Below are positions 39,973-53,278 of a stretch of DNA of 64,000 bases, in pieces (positions within the stretch are counted from its first letter, which is position 1; each line of letters starts with the position of its first letter). The stretch spans positions 209,870,001-209,934,000 of the forward strand of contig OX597815.1 in assembly GCA_951406725.2 (NCBI GenBank), written 5' to 3'. The position numbers were made by a program, and so were the translations under genes. Origin of the DNA: Octopus vulgaris (taxonomy: Eukaryota). Below the pieces are notes generated by a model. It was given only the letters and a program-made list of their open reading frames with translations. It was not told where the DNA came from and made no database searches.

Positions 39973-41681
39973 GTTTATATATTTGTTTTGCAAGATTTTT
40001 GATGTGAAATCGTGTGTTGAAATGACCATTCCTAAATACAACTATATATATTGTTTATTCCGTATCTCCTTGAGCAGATGGTACATAAATTTCTTGAACA
40101 TTCTCCAAAATAAAATATTTTCCTTTGTACATTATTTTTTGTCGTTATTCCTGTTTTAGATATTTCGCTGAGAGAATGTATACAATACTTAATTTTATCT
40201 ATGTACTTCGCTTTTATCCCAAATAGCTAAACAGTATATCTAGGTTTATAGCTTCATGAGAATATTCTTGATTCTCGTTAGTATATCCTATTATTTCATA
40301 CTCTATTCAGTTTCGTGTAGATTTTCATATATTATTCTGAACTTTTTGTTCGGTATAACAGCATTACCAAACATGTTTACTACGAAACATGTCCATCGTT
40401 TTGATATCGTTATTGTTACACAAATTCATATGAATTGAGGAACAATCAAGTGTGTTACTTTTGATATTGTTATACATATCTTTGATATCTTCGTAACATA
40501 TCAGTGGCATTCTTCTGCATCGTTTCTACAAATGATGAAAAACTTTTCGGTTGCTAATATTTATATACCTTAAACCACAATGTTGATTTGCAAGAACCTA
40601 TTAAGTTTTCAGCTAATTTAGCATTAAAAAAATGTACCTGGATAAACCAATTCGCCTTAAAATTGCAATTGAAAAAAAATCAACGCTATCATTCTTTAAG
40701 GAAGATATTTAGTTGAAAGAGAAATTTCTTTATACATTAGTGAATCATTCTAAAGCTTTTTTCAGCACTTAAAATACCAAAGACTCTCTTGAATATATCT
40801 TTCCTTGCATTACAGATATGTAACGAGCCATACTGCCTTTAAAGCTATCGCTCTCGGAGGCATTTTGATAATCCTCTTTCAAGTTACCGAAGCATATTTT
40901 CTTGGAGTTAAAAGGAGTAAAGCCTTTTCAGTGAAATATTTGTTCCAGGTATCTCATTCACGTAAGTATTCATAACATATCTTCACTCATCTCGCTTAAT
41001 ATACATACATAATTATTTGCCATCTGAAAGACTGTATGTAACATGTATGTTTCTCATTCATATCATGATAATTATCGTCTCAGGATGGTAGATATATATT
41101 ATATTTAATCCTATTTCTGATAAGTAGGGAAACTAAGAAACGTAGAATCAATCACTCTTTTCAAGGGTACACCAACAAATATGCAAAGGAGTTGTAGTCA
41201 AGACCCATGTACACTAGTTTATCCACGTAAAAGAGTCCTCTACGTTGCTGAATTGTTTCGTTTCCCTCATATTCACATTAATTTATGTAGTCTATTTGCT
41301 CACATCCTATTTGAAGTTCTCGTCCTAGCTTGTAAATAACTAACAATATGTTTATATATATATAATATTCTTTTCTTCTTTTACACCTTTCCTTCTTACA
41401 GTTATATGACTTCTACCCTGCTGGAGCTGATTTCAAGAGCTTTCAGTCGAAAAATCTATCTCGGTACTTATTTATTTAATCCTTTCCTATTCTATCGGCC
41501 TCTTTCGCCGAACTTCTAAATTACGAGCACTTAAATACACTAACCGGTCATCAAGCGGCGGTGGGACAAACACATGTACAGACAAACACACACACATATA
41601 TGCATACACATATACACCTCCCATGTATATATATATATATGCATATGTATATTTACATACACACATACATACATACATACA

Positions 41682-41717
<36 letters not shown>

Positions 41718-41975
41718 TATATTTTTATATATATGCATGTATATACAGATAAGAAAAGAATTTGAGCAATAATTAAAAATTATAAGTTGATCATTGGTTT
41801 CAAATGGTCATCGTTTAATTGTAGTTAAAATAACATTTACAGCTGTTTCAGTGTCTTATTTTTGAGGGAAATTTACATTTATCTCGTTCCATGTAACAAA
41901 CATCGTCATAATTATTTAGAGTTTATCAGAGGCATATCGACAGGAGAATAATACACACAAACACACAGACCACAC

Positions 41976-42027
<52 letters not shown>

Positions 42028-42160
42028 CACACACATACACAATATATTTATACCTGAAAATGGATGCGTCACGTTCAATTAAATAATAAATAATAAATAT
42101 ATGTATCTCTCTCTCTCTATCTATCTATCTATCTACCTCTTTCTCTTTCTCTCTCCCTCT

Positions 42161-42210
<50 letters not shown>

Positions 42211-42215
<5 letters not shown>

Positions 42216-42246
42216 GTTACATACAAAATTTTGTATGTAACACAAT
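42211..42246. repeat. Perfect 36-bp palindrome
   Basis: ATTGTGTTACATACAAAA|TTTTGTATGTAACACAAT. Confidence 0.95.
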
Positions 42247-42320
42247 TTTTAATCTTCGGATATTTTAAATATGCTAAGCCACTGGTTTTAATTGATTAAT
42301 ATCAATTTCTACCCGTATTA

Positions 42321-42372
<52 letters not shown>

Positions 42373-42417
42373 TGTATGTATGTGTGTGCGTGTGTGTGTA
42401 TATGTATATATATATAT

Positions 42418-42627
42418 AGTTAATCCAAACAGGAAAACACAAAAAAACAACAACGCGAGGACGTGGAACAAATATAGTATTATTGGACGCCCAGGAAAGA
42501 AGGGAAGAAGGAGGGTTTAACGTTTCGAGCGGAGCTCTTCGTCGGAAGCAGAGGAGAAGGAAAGATCCCGAGAAGGGAAGACAGAGGAAAAAAATCGCCA
42601 ACGGTACACACGAGGTCACATTTTGAA
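42418..42627 (-). mobile_element. Solo PLE pLTR-like element in (TA)n carrying a minimal hammerhead-like motif (42516-42547)
   Basis: Minus strand: tt-CCGACGA-a-GAGC-tcc-GCTC-GAAA-CG-TT-aa, with (TA)n on both sides. Confidence 0.7.
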
Positions 42628-42798
42628 ATATATATATATATATATATATTTATATGACAGTTTCTTTCAGTTTCCATTTAGTCAATCCATTCACTACATT
42701 TTGGTCGGCCCGGCGCAATTGTAGAAGATTGAACCCGGAATCACGTGATTGGGAAGCAAGCTTCTTATCACATAACCACGCCTACACCTATGTATATA

Positions 42799-42888
<90 letters not shown>

Positions 42889-43709
42889 GCTTATGTATCC
42901 AACAGGCACAGTCCATAAGCAATATTCTATAGACCTTTCGCAGACTTCGAAGGACCTAGCACCATTGATAAATAAGTATAAAAATGCTCCCTTTCAATAA
43001 ATGTTCTATATATGGAATATTTAAATATTTCAAGTTCTAATTAAAAGGCGGCAATTTAATCAATTGAACTGTTCTTTTTGAGTAAAAGTTTCAAACATTT
43101 AGTGAATCATTGTCACATCGCAGCCCTCTTAGCACGAGGGATATTCTTAGTTGGGAAAGTAAATGCTGAAGAAACTATAAAGATACTGTTTTGTTTCCTG
43201 AAGTGAAAAAAGAAACAAAACCAAACTAGCTTCGTTCCAAATGTTGTATAAGTAAAGGAGAACAAATCTTGTTGGAAATATTTCACAAGAAGACAGCACT
43301 TTAATTTATAGTTAAAATCGTCATCAAATGGAAATCAAGAACATTATTACTTCGTGCTATAAATTACCAAGTGATTGATCAATGAAATAAGAACACAGAA
43401 AATATTAGGATAATCAAAATGCAAAGTACCTTTTGTGGAATGAATGGAGACTGTTGTTATCCCTTTTATAAACTGCAAATTAATTGATGAAACTTCACTA
43501 TCAAACGTTGCTCAGAAAAAATGCCAAGAATTCAAGAATTAAAAACAAAGGAACACAAAAAATTCAATAACTTCCGTAACTCTTTAGCAATAAAAGATTT
43601 ATTTCCCGCTTAGGTTTGATTTTTCACTTTATGATTGCAGAATCTTGTATTCATTTAACTTAGTGACACAATATATACATACATACACACATACATACAT
43701 ATATATGTG

Positions 43710-43755
<46 letters not shown>

Positions 43756-43845
43756 TGTGTGTGTGTGTATCACATCACTACTTTAAATGGATACAAAATT
43801 CTGCAATTGTAGTGATACAATATCTACATATATATATGCATGTGT

Positions 43846-43929
<84 letters not shown>

Positions 43930-43948
43930 AGGTAGGTATTTGTGTACC

Positions 43949-43979
<31 letters not shown>

Positions 43980-45181
43980 GTGTTATTTAATGAAAGCTAT
44001 ATTATGATAAGGACTTGGACTATTTTATTCAATATATATATAATTTATTCGCGTTTAACATATTTTGTTATTCAACTATAGATGTTATCTCAAAGGTAAA
44101 GTATAAAAATATATGAGCTCGCACACAAACATAAATTTGCCTAGATGCACCTCCGTACGCACTGAGACACATAACACACATATAAGTATACGGCTGACAT
44201 ATCTAACGTTCATACATATTATTTAATAACTTACAGATGTCTTACATTAGGCGTATATTTATTATTATTTGATAAATAGAAGTTAATGTTACAATGATGG
44301 TGTGTATATCCGGTCAAGGAAACTTAAGTATGCACTAATCCATAATTCACGAGAGTTTTCTGGTATAAAATTTTATGTTTCCTTATAAATTTTTCATTCA
44401 ATCAACGAAATATATGAATAAGCAAATATGCAAGAGATTTTTAAAAACGATTTTAGAAAAGGTTATGTATTTATATGCGTATGTACACAAATAAATAAAC
44501 AGTCGTAAGCACACAAATGATATCTGCATCTCGATGTATGTATGCCATTGCGTACGTATCTTTTTTTCTGTTTGAGCCTATATACGTGTGTATATTATGC
44601 GTGCAGTATATGAACGCATAAACTGAAAGAAGTATAAAAATAAATATATAAAATAAATGGCATGCGCACCTATAGTCAATAAGCTTTATTTCAACCAGAA
44701 TAGAAGTTTAAAGATTCATTGATCAATAAAAATTATTAGAATTTCGGTTAGTTTTGTCAATAAATTACTAGAGGTCAGAATGTTGCTTTTGCGATGAATG
44801 ATTTACTGTCAAAATCGAGTCCAATCTCGTACTTCAGAATATTAGCGATTTCATAGGAAGACATCTTTAATAATTCATGAAAAGATATATATGTCTATTT
44901 TATTAATATTATGACAAATTCTCTTACAAATCATGTTGAGATTTCTTCAGTTACAACTTATGTGATATTTCTAAAAGACTCCTGTCTATAGCATAAATAG
45001 TTTGGGGCTTTACGTAAAATATTCTTCCGTATCTCATGTCCTGCTTTTGGCTATTAATATAATGTTTTATTTTCGTTTTTTATATTGTTCGATTATTTCA
45101 GTTCTTCTCTCTCTCTTTTCTTTGTGTTATCGTTATCTCACTTATTTTTTCATTCATATTTTTGCTCTATTATTTAAATTA

Positions 45182-45352
45182 GCGATGGTATTTGCCCGTC
45201 TTTACGTTCTAAGTTCAAATTCCGCCGAGGTCGACTTCGCCTTTCATCCTTTGTGGGTCGATAGATTAAGTACCAGTTGTGTACTGGAATCGTTGTAGTC
45301 GACTAGTTCCTTCCCCAAAAATTTCAAGGCCTTGTGCCTAGAGTAGAAAGGA
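45182..45352 (+). mobile_element. SINE family B, 5'-truncated, tail type 2
   Basis: TTCAAATTCCGCCGAGGTCGACTTCGCCTTTCATCCTT...GGCCTTGTGCCTAGAGTAGAAAGG(ATT)n. Confidence 0.8.
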
Positions 45353-45595
45353 TTATTATTATTATAATTATTATAATTATTATACAGGAAAGTATGTACT
45401 TACACTATTTGCACACACAGAAGTATGTGTATGTAATGCATGTATATGTGCATTTACTCTATTGGTGTCTTTTGCTGAACCACTAATTTACGGGGACACA
45501 CCGAAACCGATTGTCAAGCGGTGATGGAAGGACAAACACACACACACACACACAGCACACGCACCCACACGCACACACACGCACACACATCTGTA

Positions 45596-48567
45596 TCTAT
45601 GTATATAAAACACAGGATGTGTGTCTGTCATTGTGTTTGTCAAGACGTTAAAACTCGAGATCCACCCAACCTATTTTAATGAAATATTCACCATTAGATT
45701 GTAAATTTACCAGGAATAGTTCCCAGCTTAAAAAGTTTTTGAAAAACTTGCGTTTGGACAAATATCGATAAAATCGATAAATTCAACTTTTTTGCAAAAA
45801 GGAAGGTAAAAGTTGCACGCGGGTAAGCTTTTCACAGGAGTAGCCGATTTTCTTCAAACATTTTGCAAAAATTTGTAATGCTGTGAAGTTTATGCAGAGT
45901 GGTTAAACTTTCTCAAAACACGGCCGCGTTGCACGAAAAACTCGAAAAATTGAAAAAATCGATTTTTTCTTAAAACTCGAAAATTGAACTGTTTATAACT
46001 TCTAAAAGCTGCAACTGATTTTGTTAAAATTTGTTGCAAAAAATTTGTCATGCTACGAAAATTACGTGGTTTAATTTAATTATGTGGTTTAACTTTTTTC
46101 AATGGAAGCCATGTTGCACGAAGAGTGCGAAAAGCAGTGAAAAGTGTATTTTTTGTTGAACTTGCAAATTAAACATTTAATAATATCTATTCGCTGCAAC
46201 CGATTTACTTCAGATTTGGTAGGAACAGTACTTGTGGTCAAAATATTAGGTTGAACTATTTTTCTCTCAATGTCGTTTGTGCTTACGGTGAAACATCTGC
46301 AAATGATTGAGCTGAAAATCGTTGTTTAGTCAATAACTTCTGCCTTTTGCTACCCATTTGCTCCAGATTGCACATCAACATCAATTTTGAGACAAGAACT
46401 GTTTGAAGCAAAATATTTTCTGGGTCATCCGCTTTAAATGGGGGAATATCCGCAACTAAATGGGATGAAAACAATTTTTTAGCCGAAAGTTCTTCAATCC
46501 CTAACAGAATTTCTTAAAAGCTTATATGAACACATTTAATTCAAAACGCCCAAAATAAGTAGTTTAAACTGGTTTTTGGCCTACACTTTCTGGCGATTAT
46601 AGTATTTTTGCACTAGATTCAGATGAAACATCCCTAATTATTTCAGTATTTTCACGCTTTTACTTAAAAATCCTGTTTTTACTGAGACGCATCGTTTTTT
46701 AACTACACGTGTAAACTACAGTTAATAATATTATTTTAAAGATAGCTCGCGAAATTTCTTCATCTTATTTAACTGGATACAGAGTTTTGTCAATGCAATT
46801 AAAGCACACGTGCATTTTCAGGGTTTAATCTAATCTGTATGCACTAGCGATGTTTTTGTATGCAGGTTGTGTACAGAAAATCAATACCTAGTAGTTCATG
46901 AACGCATACACGCAATACGGATCAACAAAACCTGAAGTTCAGTTGCAGAAATCACATCTTCTTGGTAATCCTTTGATATTGCATTCTCTTTTTTTTTTAA
47001 TCGGCCTTTAACTTCTGCAAATAAATTCCGGCATCAGTAACCAGGCTTACAGCCATACTTAAATAGCCAAAACTTATATGTCTTATGCCATTTTACCTTC
47101 CATTTCAGGTTTTTACGTAAACATTATTTGCAATCGTTATAAACAATTTTGGGGGCCTATAAGTAGTATTTATAGACAAGCTTGCGACGCACTTAAACCA
47201 TCATAGACCTTTTACCATTAATATCCTTTGTAATTATTGTCAAAAGAACAATCCAATATACTAGATACTGCATCAGCCATGTTTCGGGTCCCATGTAATG
47301 CTGGAATATATAAGGCGTAAAAATTTGTCACCATTGGCGAATAAGTTTATTGTTTAAGTGTTTTTATCGATTCAAAGATAACCATACCTAGACGATCTCG
47401 CCTTCAATCGGGGGCAACACTGCGCGAGTTTCTAAAGGGAAAAACAGGTAAGCTAATGAAACGCCAGAAAAAAGACACTAATAGTAGGTTAACACAAAAT
47501 GCTTTGAGAAGAGCTATTTCAAGAACAATGGCTACCGATGAACATCGTTTGATACGTCACAAAATAACTGCTGCTACTGCTGCTGATGCTGGTCGAGCAG
47601 CAGAGACTGACGGAGAGCATACGGTCTGTCGGAAGCGAAATGCTGCAGTGACTGCTGATGCTCGAGCAGCAGAGCCTGACGGACACCGTGCAGTCTATCG
47701 GAACAAAGATCCTGCGGCAGCAGAGACTCAAGAACAGCATCTGTTGCATCAGAGTGCTGGTGCTGCAGCAAATGCTGCTGCTGCTGCTAGAGCTGCAGAA
47801 ACCCCAACTGATCGAGATAACCGAGTTGAGGGTAATGTAATTCGTAGAACTACTAGGCAGGGTACTTCAAGGAGATGTTCTTCACGATGGTCGTATGAGG
47901 CGTCCGACTATGATTATGTACAATTGACGTCAGAGCCATACACTGTAATAGGTGCCATAGAATTTGGTAACATCGTCAGCATCGAAATGATGTGGGCGGT
48001 CGTTGTGGACATCGACATCTTCGTCGTCAACCTCCATATCCAAACATCCATGTCGGCGTCCATTTCATCATCATCATCATCATCATCATCATCGAAGTTG
48101 CCATCATCATCGAAATCATAAATTTTATTTTAGAATTTAATACGAGAAAACGGAGACAATACGCAGTTGAAGTCGATCTAAACTCAAAGCAAGGGAGGTT
48201 ATTCGTGTATATCAATTGATGCAACATAACTTCAATAAACAGCATATCGCTTTTCTTTAATTTTGGTGCAATTAATTGGCCATTAACGTTTTGGGAGATA
48301 TTCATTCATACGTTGGCAGATTTCATTTTTAGTGCTTATAGGTGCCATACCCCATGCTTATATGTGCCATGACACCGAACATCTAATGTTTAATTATTCG
48401 CATTGAGTACTGTGACAGGTTTTGTTAATGATCTGCTAGAAATTTTACAGATTCATATTTATAATGAATTTATGAAAAATTGTAACTTTTACTGGAAAAA
48501 AATTCAAAAAATATTTTGTAAAGCGTCGGGTTAGTAAAACCCGTAGCTCACGATGAAATATACCTAG
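45596..48567 (+). mobile_element. ~3-kb internally deleted Helitron
   Basis: A|TCTATGTATATAAAA 5' end (alternative start 45590), hairpin CGGGTT-AGTAA-AACCCG (48527-48543) and CTAG|T at 48564-48567. Contains a RepHel-like N-terminal ORF. Confidence 0.7.
47384..48121 (+). pseudogene. Helitron Rep/helicase N-terminal remnant with STPR-like RAAET repeats
   Basis: In-frame ATA-CCT-AGA-CGA (a decayed MPRR start) lies 72 nt upstream of ORF 47456. Four ~20-29-aa repeats: GRAAETD, ARAAEPD, AAAETQEQ, ARAAETP. No Rep or helicase motifs remain. Confidence 0.6.
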
Positions 48568-51500
48568 TTAGTAGCAAGGAGTGGAATTGGGGAAATAGAT
48601 TGTGCACCTTTCATAACTTCAGAATGATATTTGTAATATAGTATTCATAGAATATTAAGAAGCATAGTGATGCAAAGAGCAAGAAGGAGGGGATAGGGAG
48701 AGAGTAGATAAAGAGATAGAGAGATATGAAGAGAAGTAGAGAAAAGGAGAGAGAAATAATTGCTGGGTGTGATAATGCAACCAATAAGTGATATCTTTTG
48801 GTTTGGTTGTACAATGTACCTGCTAAATCATTCTAAGTATTGGTCATAACGTTAATGGGTTTTGCTGAAAGGTTCAAAATTGCTAGGAGGAAACATCTGA
48901 GATGAAAGATGAGAAATTGTAAAACAGAAATATTTATGAAATAAAGTTTAGTCATATTCCAATTATCGTATGTTTTCTAGGTTCTTGTCCTATAAACATT
49001 ATAAAAGATTGTCACTCTTTCATATATTTCAACGCTGAAAACATCTGTGTACGAAAGTTTAAGATGCTGTAATTGGCTATATTGTCAGCGTAGAAGTGTG
49101 TATGATTAGATTTGAACAACCACAATTTCATTAATGTAGAGAAAGAAATTGAATAATAAAAATACACCTGAATTAAAAGAATGGTGATCGAAACATGAAT
49201 ATCAGCTCATGGTACAAGGGAATCGTAAAGCTAAACTCACGAATTTGAAGTTAAGCGAAGATGACATTCATAAAATTGGATACGAGTGTCACTTTATTGG
49301 AAGGGTTAGTGAGTTTACACTTTCTGAAAAAGGTATCATTTGCCCCACGTTTGTCAAAGTTGAGTTAGGCATCTATGCAGAAAGTTAAATGGGCTGGATA
49401 AGGTGAGATTCTACTAAATAATACTACACTGAAGGAGATGAGATAAATTTAATATAAATCTATCGTTTTCGAGCTGAAGAGATTGAATAAGTTAGCAATC
49501 GCGCAACATACATATATGATGATAAAGCAAACAATCTCAAATGCATAGATATATGAAGTGCGACTATTTGTGAACAGACAATGGAATAAAAACTGCAGAA
49601 GAAATCAGGAGTGCAATGAAACTTAATCTACAAAATTCAAGACGGATGAAACAAAGCTAGGAATTTGGTTCAAAGCTTTTTCAAATCTAGACACAAGCAT
49701 ATTTACTTCTCATATTACGCGGTTAGCATTTAAAAAAAATTCTCCGACTTTTTAAAGCAGTTATATATTGCATTGCTGATGGTGTGTTACACAAACTACA
49801 CTGATTGTGCTAGAAATTGTATGCAATGGCTTTCATTATTGTTCAAAGTGCTTGCGGGCTTTGGCGTTCAAGAATTTGGCTGTGTGGAAAGTATAGAAGT
49901 AACTATCCAAAATCTTTAGTTTACCACTAAGATTACATTAAGTGCGTAGATATGACTAATTAATAGACTTGACTTCTTGTGGTTTCACAAGCAAGTGTTG
50001 TTCAAGGAACTAATATGAGAGGCTTTATACCATAATCTTCTAATGTTTATCGGAATAAATATTTTGACGACAGAGAAATGGTTGGTGACGGCTATTTGAA
50101 AAAGAATCCTCAAAGGTGACTTTAAATACGGTATACAGTGAGTTATAATTACTAATTAGTGCACACAGTTTTCGTTGAAAAATGTTTCGATACCTTTGCC
50201 ATCGGCATTCGTTTAGGCCATATGTGTAAAGTAAGGAGAGATGTATTCCGCTGAGAATAACTCATCTATTTCGGATTACATCATGTAATTTTATAACAGA
50301 TTGTTGATCACGTTGCAACCTACAGCTATGGATTATATCTTGAGTACCTAAAAATGTGTAAAAGTTATAATGGAAGAGTCTAAAACAAAAAGAAATAGAA
50401 AAAGAGAGGGTATGAGTACAAGAAACGAAAAATGTAATATTAACAACTTATAATTGCAGCTGAAAATATTTATAATAAAATATAATTTTTTAATCTTTTC
50501 AGCACTATAGAATTCTCTTGAGAAGAGATAATTAAAAAAATAAATACATAACCAAGCAAATAAACTTATATTTCTGTCTCTTACTAAAGCAGCTGTTTGT
50601 TATTTAGAGTTTTGTTCTGGGCCTAATTAAAGATATTTTGTAATCATCCGAGTGACATATTTGGTAATTTAAGAAATATTTATTTAGTTTATTACTCTCT
50701 AACATTTTCAGAAATGTCAACTATGAATTATATTTCCTTATCATTAGAGGGGCAATAATAATTTTCCAGCAACTCGAAAGGATTTATTTTTATATGATAT
50801 ACTTTAACTTAATATTTCTAGCACATTTTCTCTATCACACAGACACACTCACACACACATACATGTATTTATATGAATTTATTTGTGTGTGTGTGTGATT
50901 GTGTTATAGAGAGGAGCCAAAGATACATATATATATATAATTTGGTAATAATGTATGACATCCGTAATTGATGAAAATATTCGTTAGGTATCACACTGCT
51001 ATCTGACATTTGACAGATGAGTCTATAAAACGAGAAGATTCTATGAAAGGAAGAAATAGCAACAACAACACACATACGAAATAAGTTGAAAGCATTTTAT
51101 AGCGATTTATCCATTAATACTTAAATCATAATTATTGTTTCATATTTGAAGAGTTAAATCTAAAAGAAGCATATGCCCTTACTTCTACCGGCTACAGATT
51201 GTATAATGATATTTAAATATTAATATCTAATTTGCAAATCTCGAAATAATCACACTGATAAGCTGCTTTGTTATTAATGTTAAGTAATCACATTATTCAT
51301 AATCTCCTGTAACATATGACAAAATACGCACTTTGCATGAAATACTGGTGCTTGTATGTTATCAGACCATTGTTTCACTGCTGTAATGTTTTCTAGGATG
51401 AGGGAACATGTTTTAGTCAAACACTGTAACAGACATGAATAAAAATGATTTTCAACACTGGACATTAAAGAAAATATGTTCATTAACAGAAAAGCGGGAT

Positions 51501-53278
51501 TAGCCAGTCTAGTTTCAATCCTGCGCTGGGTCATCGTCACGAATTGATTACATTCTTTTACTGCCCAACAAGCAATCCACTATTGCTCACTATTTAAGTG
51601 AATGAGATGAGTTATTTGCAAACTTTACATACTTTTGATTACTAATTAATCAATTAACAAATTAGGAGTTCATTAACATTGTTTTAGCTGTCATGCCGTG
51701 TGTACAAAACTGCAGCTTATCTCTTTAAAGCCAGGATGATTATTATACAGCTATGAATTATATATCATCTCGGCTAAAATTCATCGATTATAGTACTATA
51801 AAAAATTTGAAAATATAAAAACAACACACTAGCTAGAAGTAGCTAGAATGGTGCGTCAAATCTGCAAATAGGTCTATCTCATTTGACTACATTTTCTCCA
51901 ATAATTCATTTAAAAACAGTGTCTCAGTGAGTATTCAGTCAAAGAAGAAATCTCGACACAAGATTTATATAACTCTGGCTGATGTAAAATTTCTGTTCGC
52001 GAAGAAACTGTATATAAACCCCCCGGAATTTACAGTTGACTATTACATGTAGTGTTGGTTAAAATCTATAGTTACATTCTAGACTACATATAGTTCGTTA
52101 CATTAGATACTGTAATTACAGTATACATTTAATGGAGTTTAAAAACATGAGGCACCAGTATTTTTTAGGTTTGATCTAAATGTCTGACTATATTCTTTTT
52201 TCACATAAAGTCTTACGTAAAACTACTTCCTCGAAGCGTTAGCGAAATAAGAATAGAAAACATATTAGAAAAGATTCAATACTTTTGTGGTCGAGCCTTG
52301 CAGCGCTTGAAATATCTTCATTGTGCCTGTATATGTGCTGTTTTGGTGACATTGCATCAAAATCGGAGAGTAATATTATTCTTGTTTCAAATATAGGCTA
52401 GGATTTGTTACACATTATTTTTATAGATTCCGACTAGACTGTATCTACGTTCGTGAGATAAGGCCGGTGATGTTTGATATTCTCAACTTATTTGTTGTTG
52501 TTCCTGTTCTTCTTTAACTGCATGTTAATCAGCCCTGATTGACAAGGCATAATACGGCAGATACCTTTCAAGAAACCATTAGTTTGGAAATATTATTCAG
52601 TGTATATACAATTATTCAAAAACAAGACTGTAGGGTATTGTTTGTTGGATATGTAGCTGCTATTACTAGGAGGTCAGGAACTTTATAAATCTATTCTAGT
52701 TGACGTCTTCCTACATTAAATCTGCGATTGTTCTCCTGTTACAATTTAAACGACGGGGAAAAGACTCCCCTTCAAGGGACAGCAGTTGAAGTGCGTTTCA
52801 ACATGCTGTCTCAGAAATTTCTGCCCGCTTAAATAGGTTCGCCAATTCATGTTGTGTGATTTGAACAATAAGATCAACGCTGCTAAGTACACTTGTTCCT
52901 CTATTAGGTTGTGAAAGTTTCAATAACTGAAATACGATATGATTTGCGATTCAGTGCGAAAGCAGTGGTAAGTAAGGCGTACCATGTTTTGAGTAGAAAT
53001 AGTAGAGATAGGAAGTTTGCATCCCTGAATATAATCGATTTTCTTCTTATACCATAAGATTCTTTGAGCCCTTACGCGAAATGTCATGCGTGTAACATCA
53101 AGGTGATATTGAAGTTCATTCTTCATTGTCAAAGTTTCGGCTCTGTAAAGAATGATGTCTACACACGACCTAAAGAGGGCCAGCCACTTTGACTTTGAAA
53201 GTTTTGACCACCAGATATTGTGAAAATCGTTATAGACATTGCAAGCTTAATCCATGCGTCCCGTGAAGTGTTTCTTAA

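Larger units (their letters stand above)
41385..42790 (-). mobile_element. Old SINE family A copy split in its internal microsatellite (3' half ~41385-41600, 5' half ~42655-42790)
   Basis: TATTCTATCGGCCTCTTTCGCCGAAC...GGGACAAACAC and TTCTTTCAGTTTCCA...GAACCCGGAATCACGTGATTGGGAAGCAAGCTTCTTA match consecutive halves of family A. Confidence 0.65.

Noticed and set aside
48600-53200. Long repeat-poor stretch that might hold exons or enhancers
   Set aside because: No convincing ORF, splice pattern or motif by eye; needs RNA-seq or cross-species alignment.
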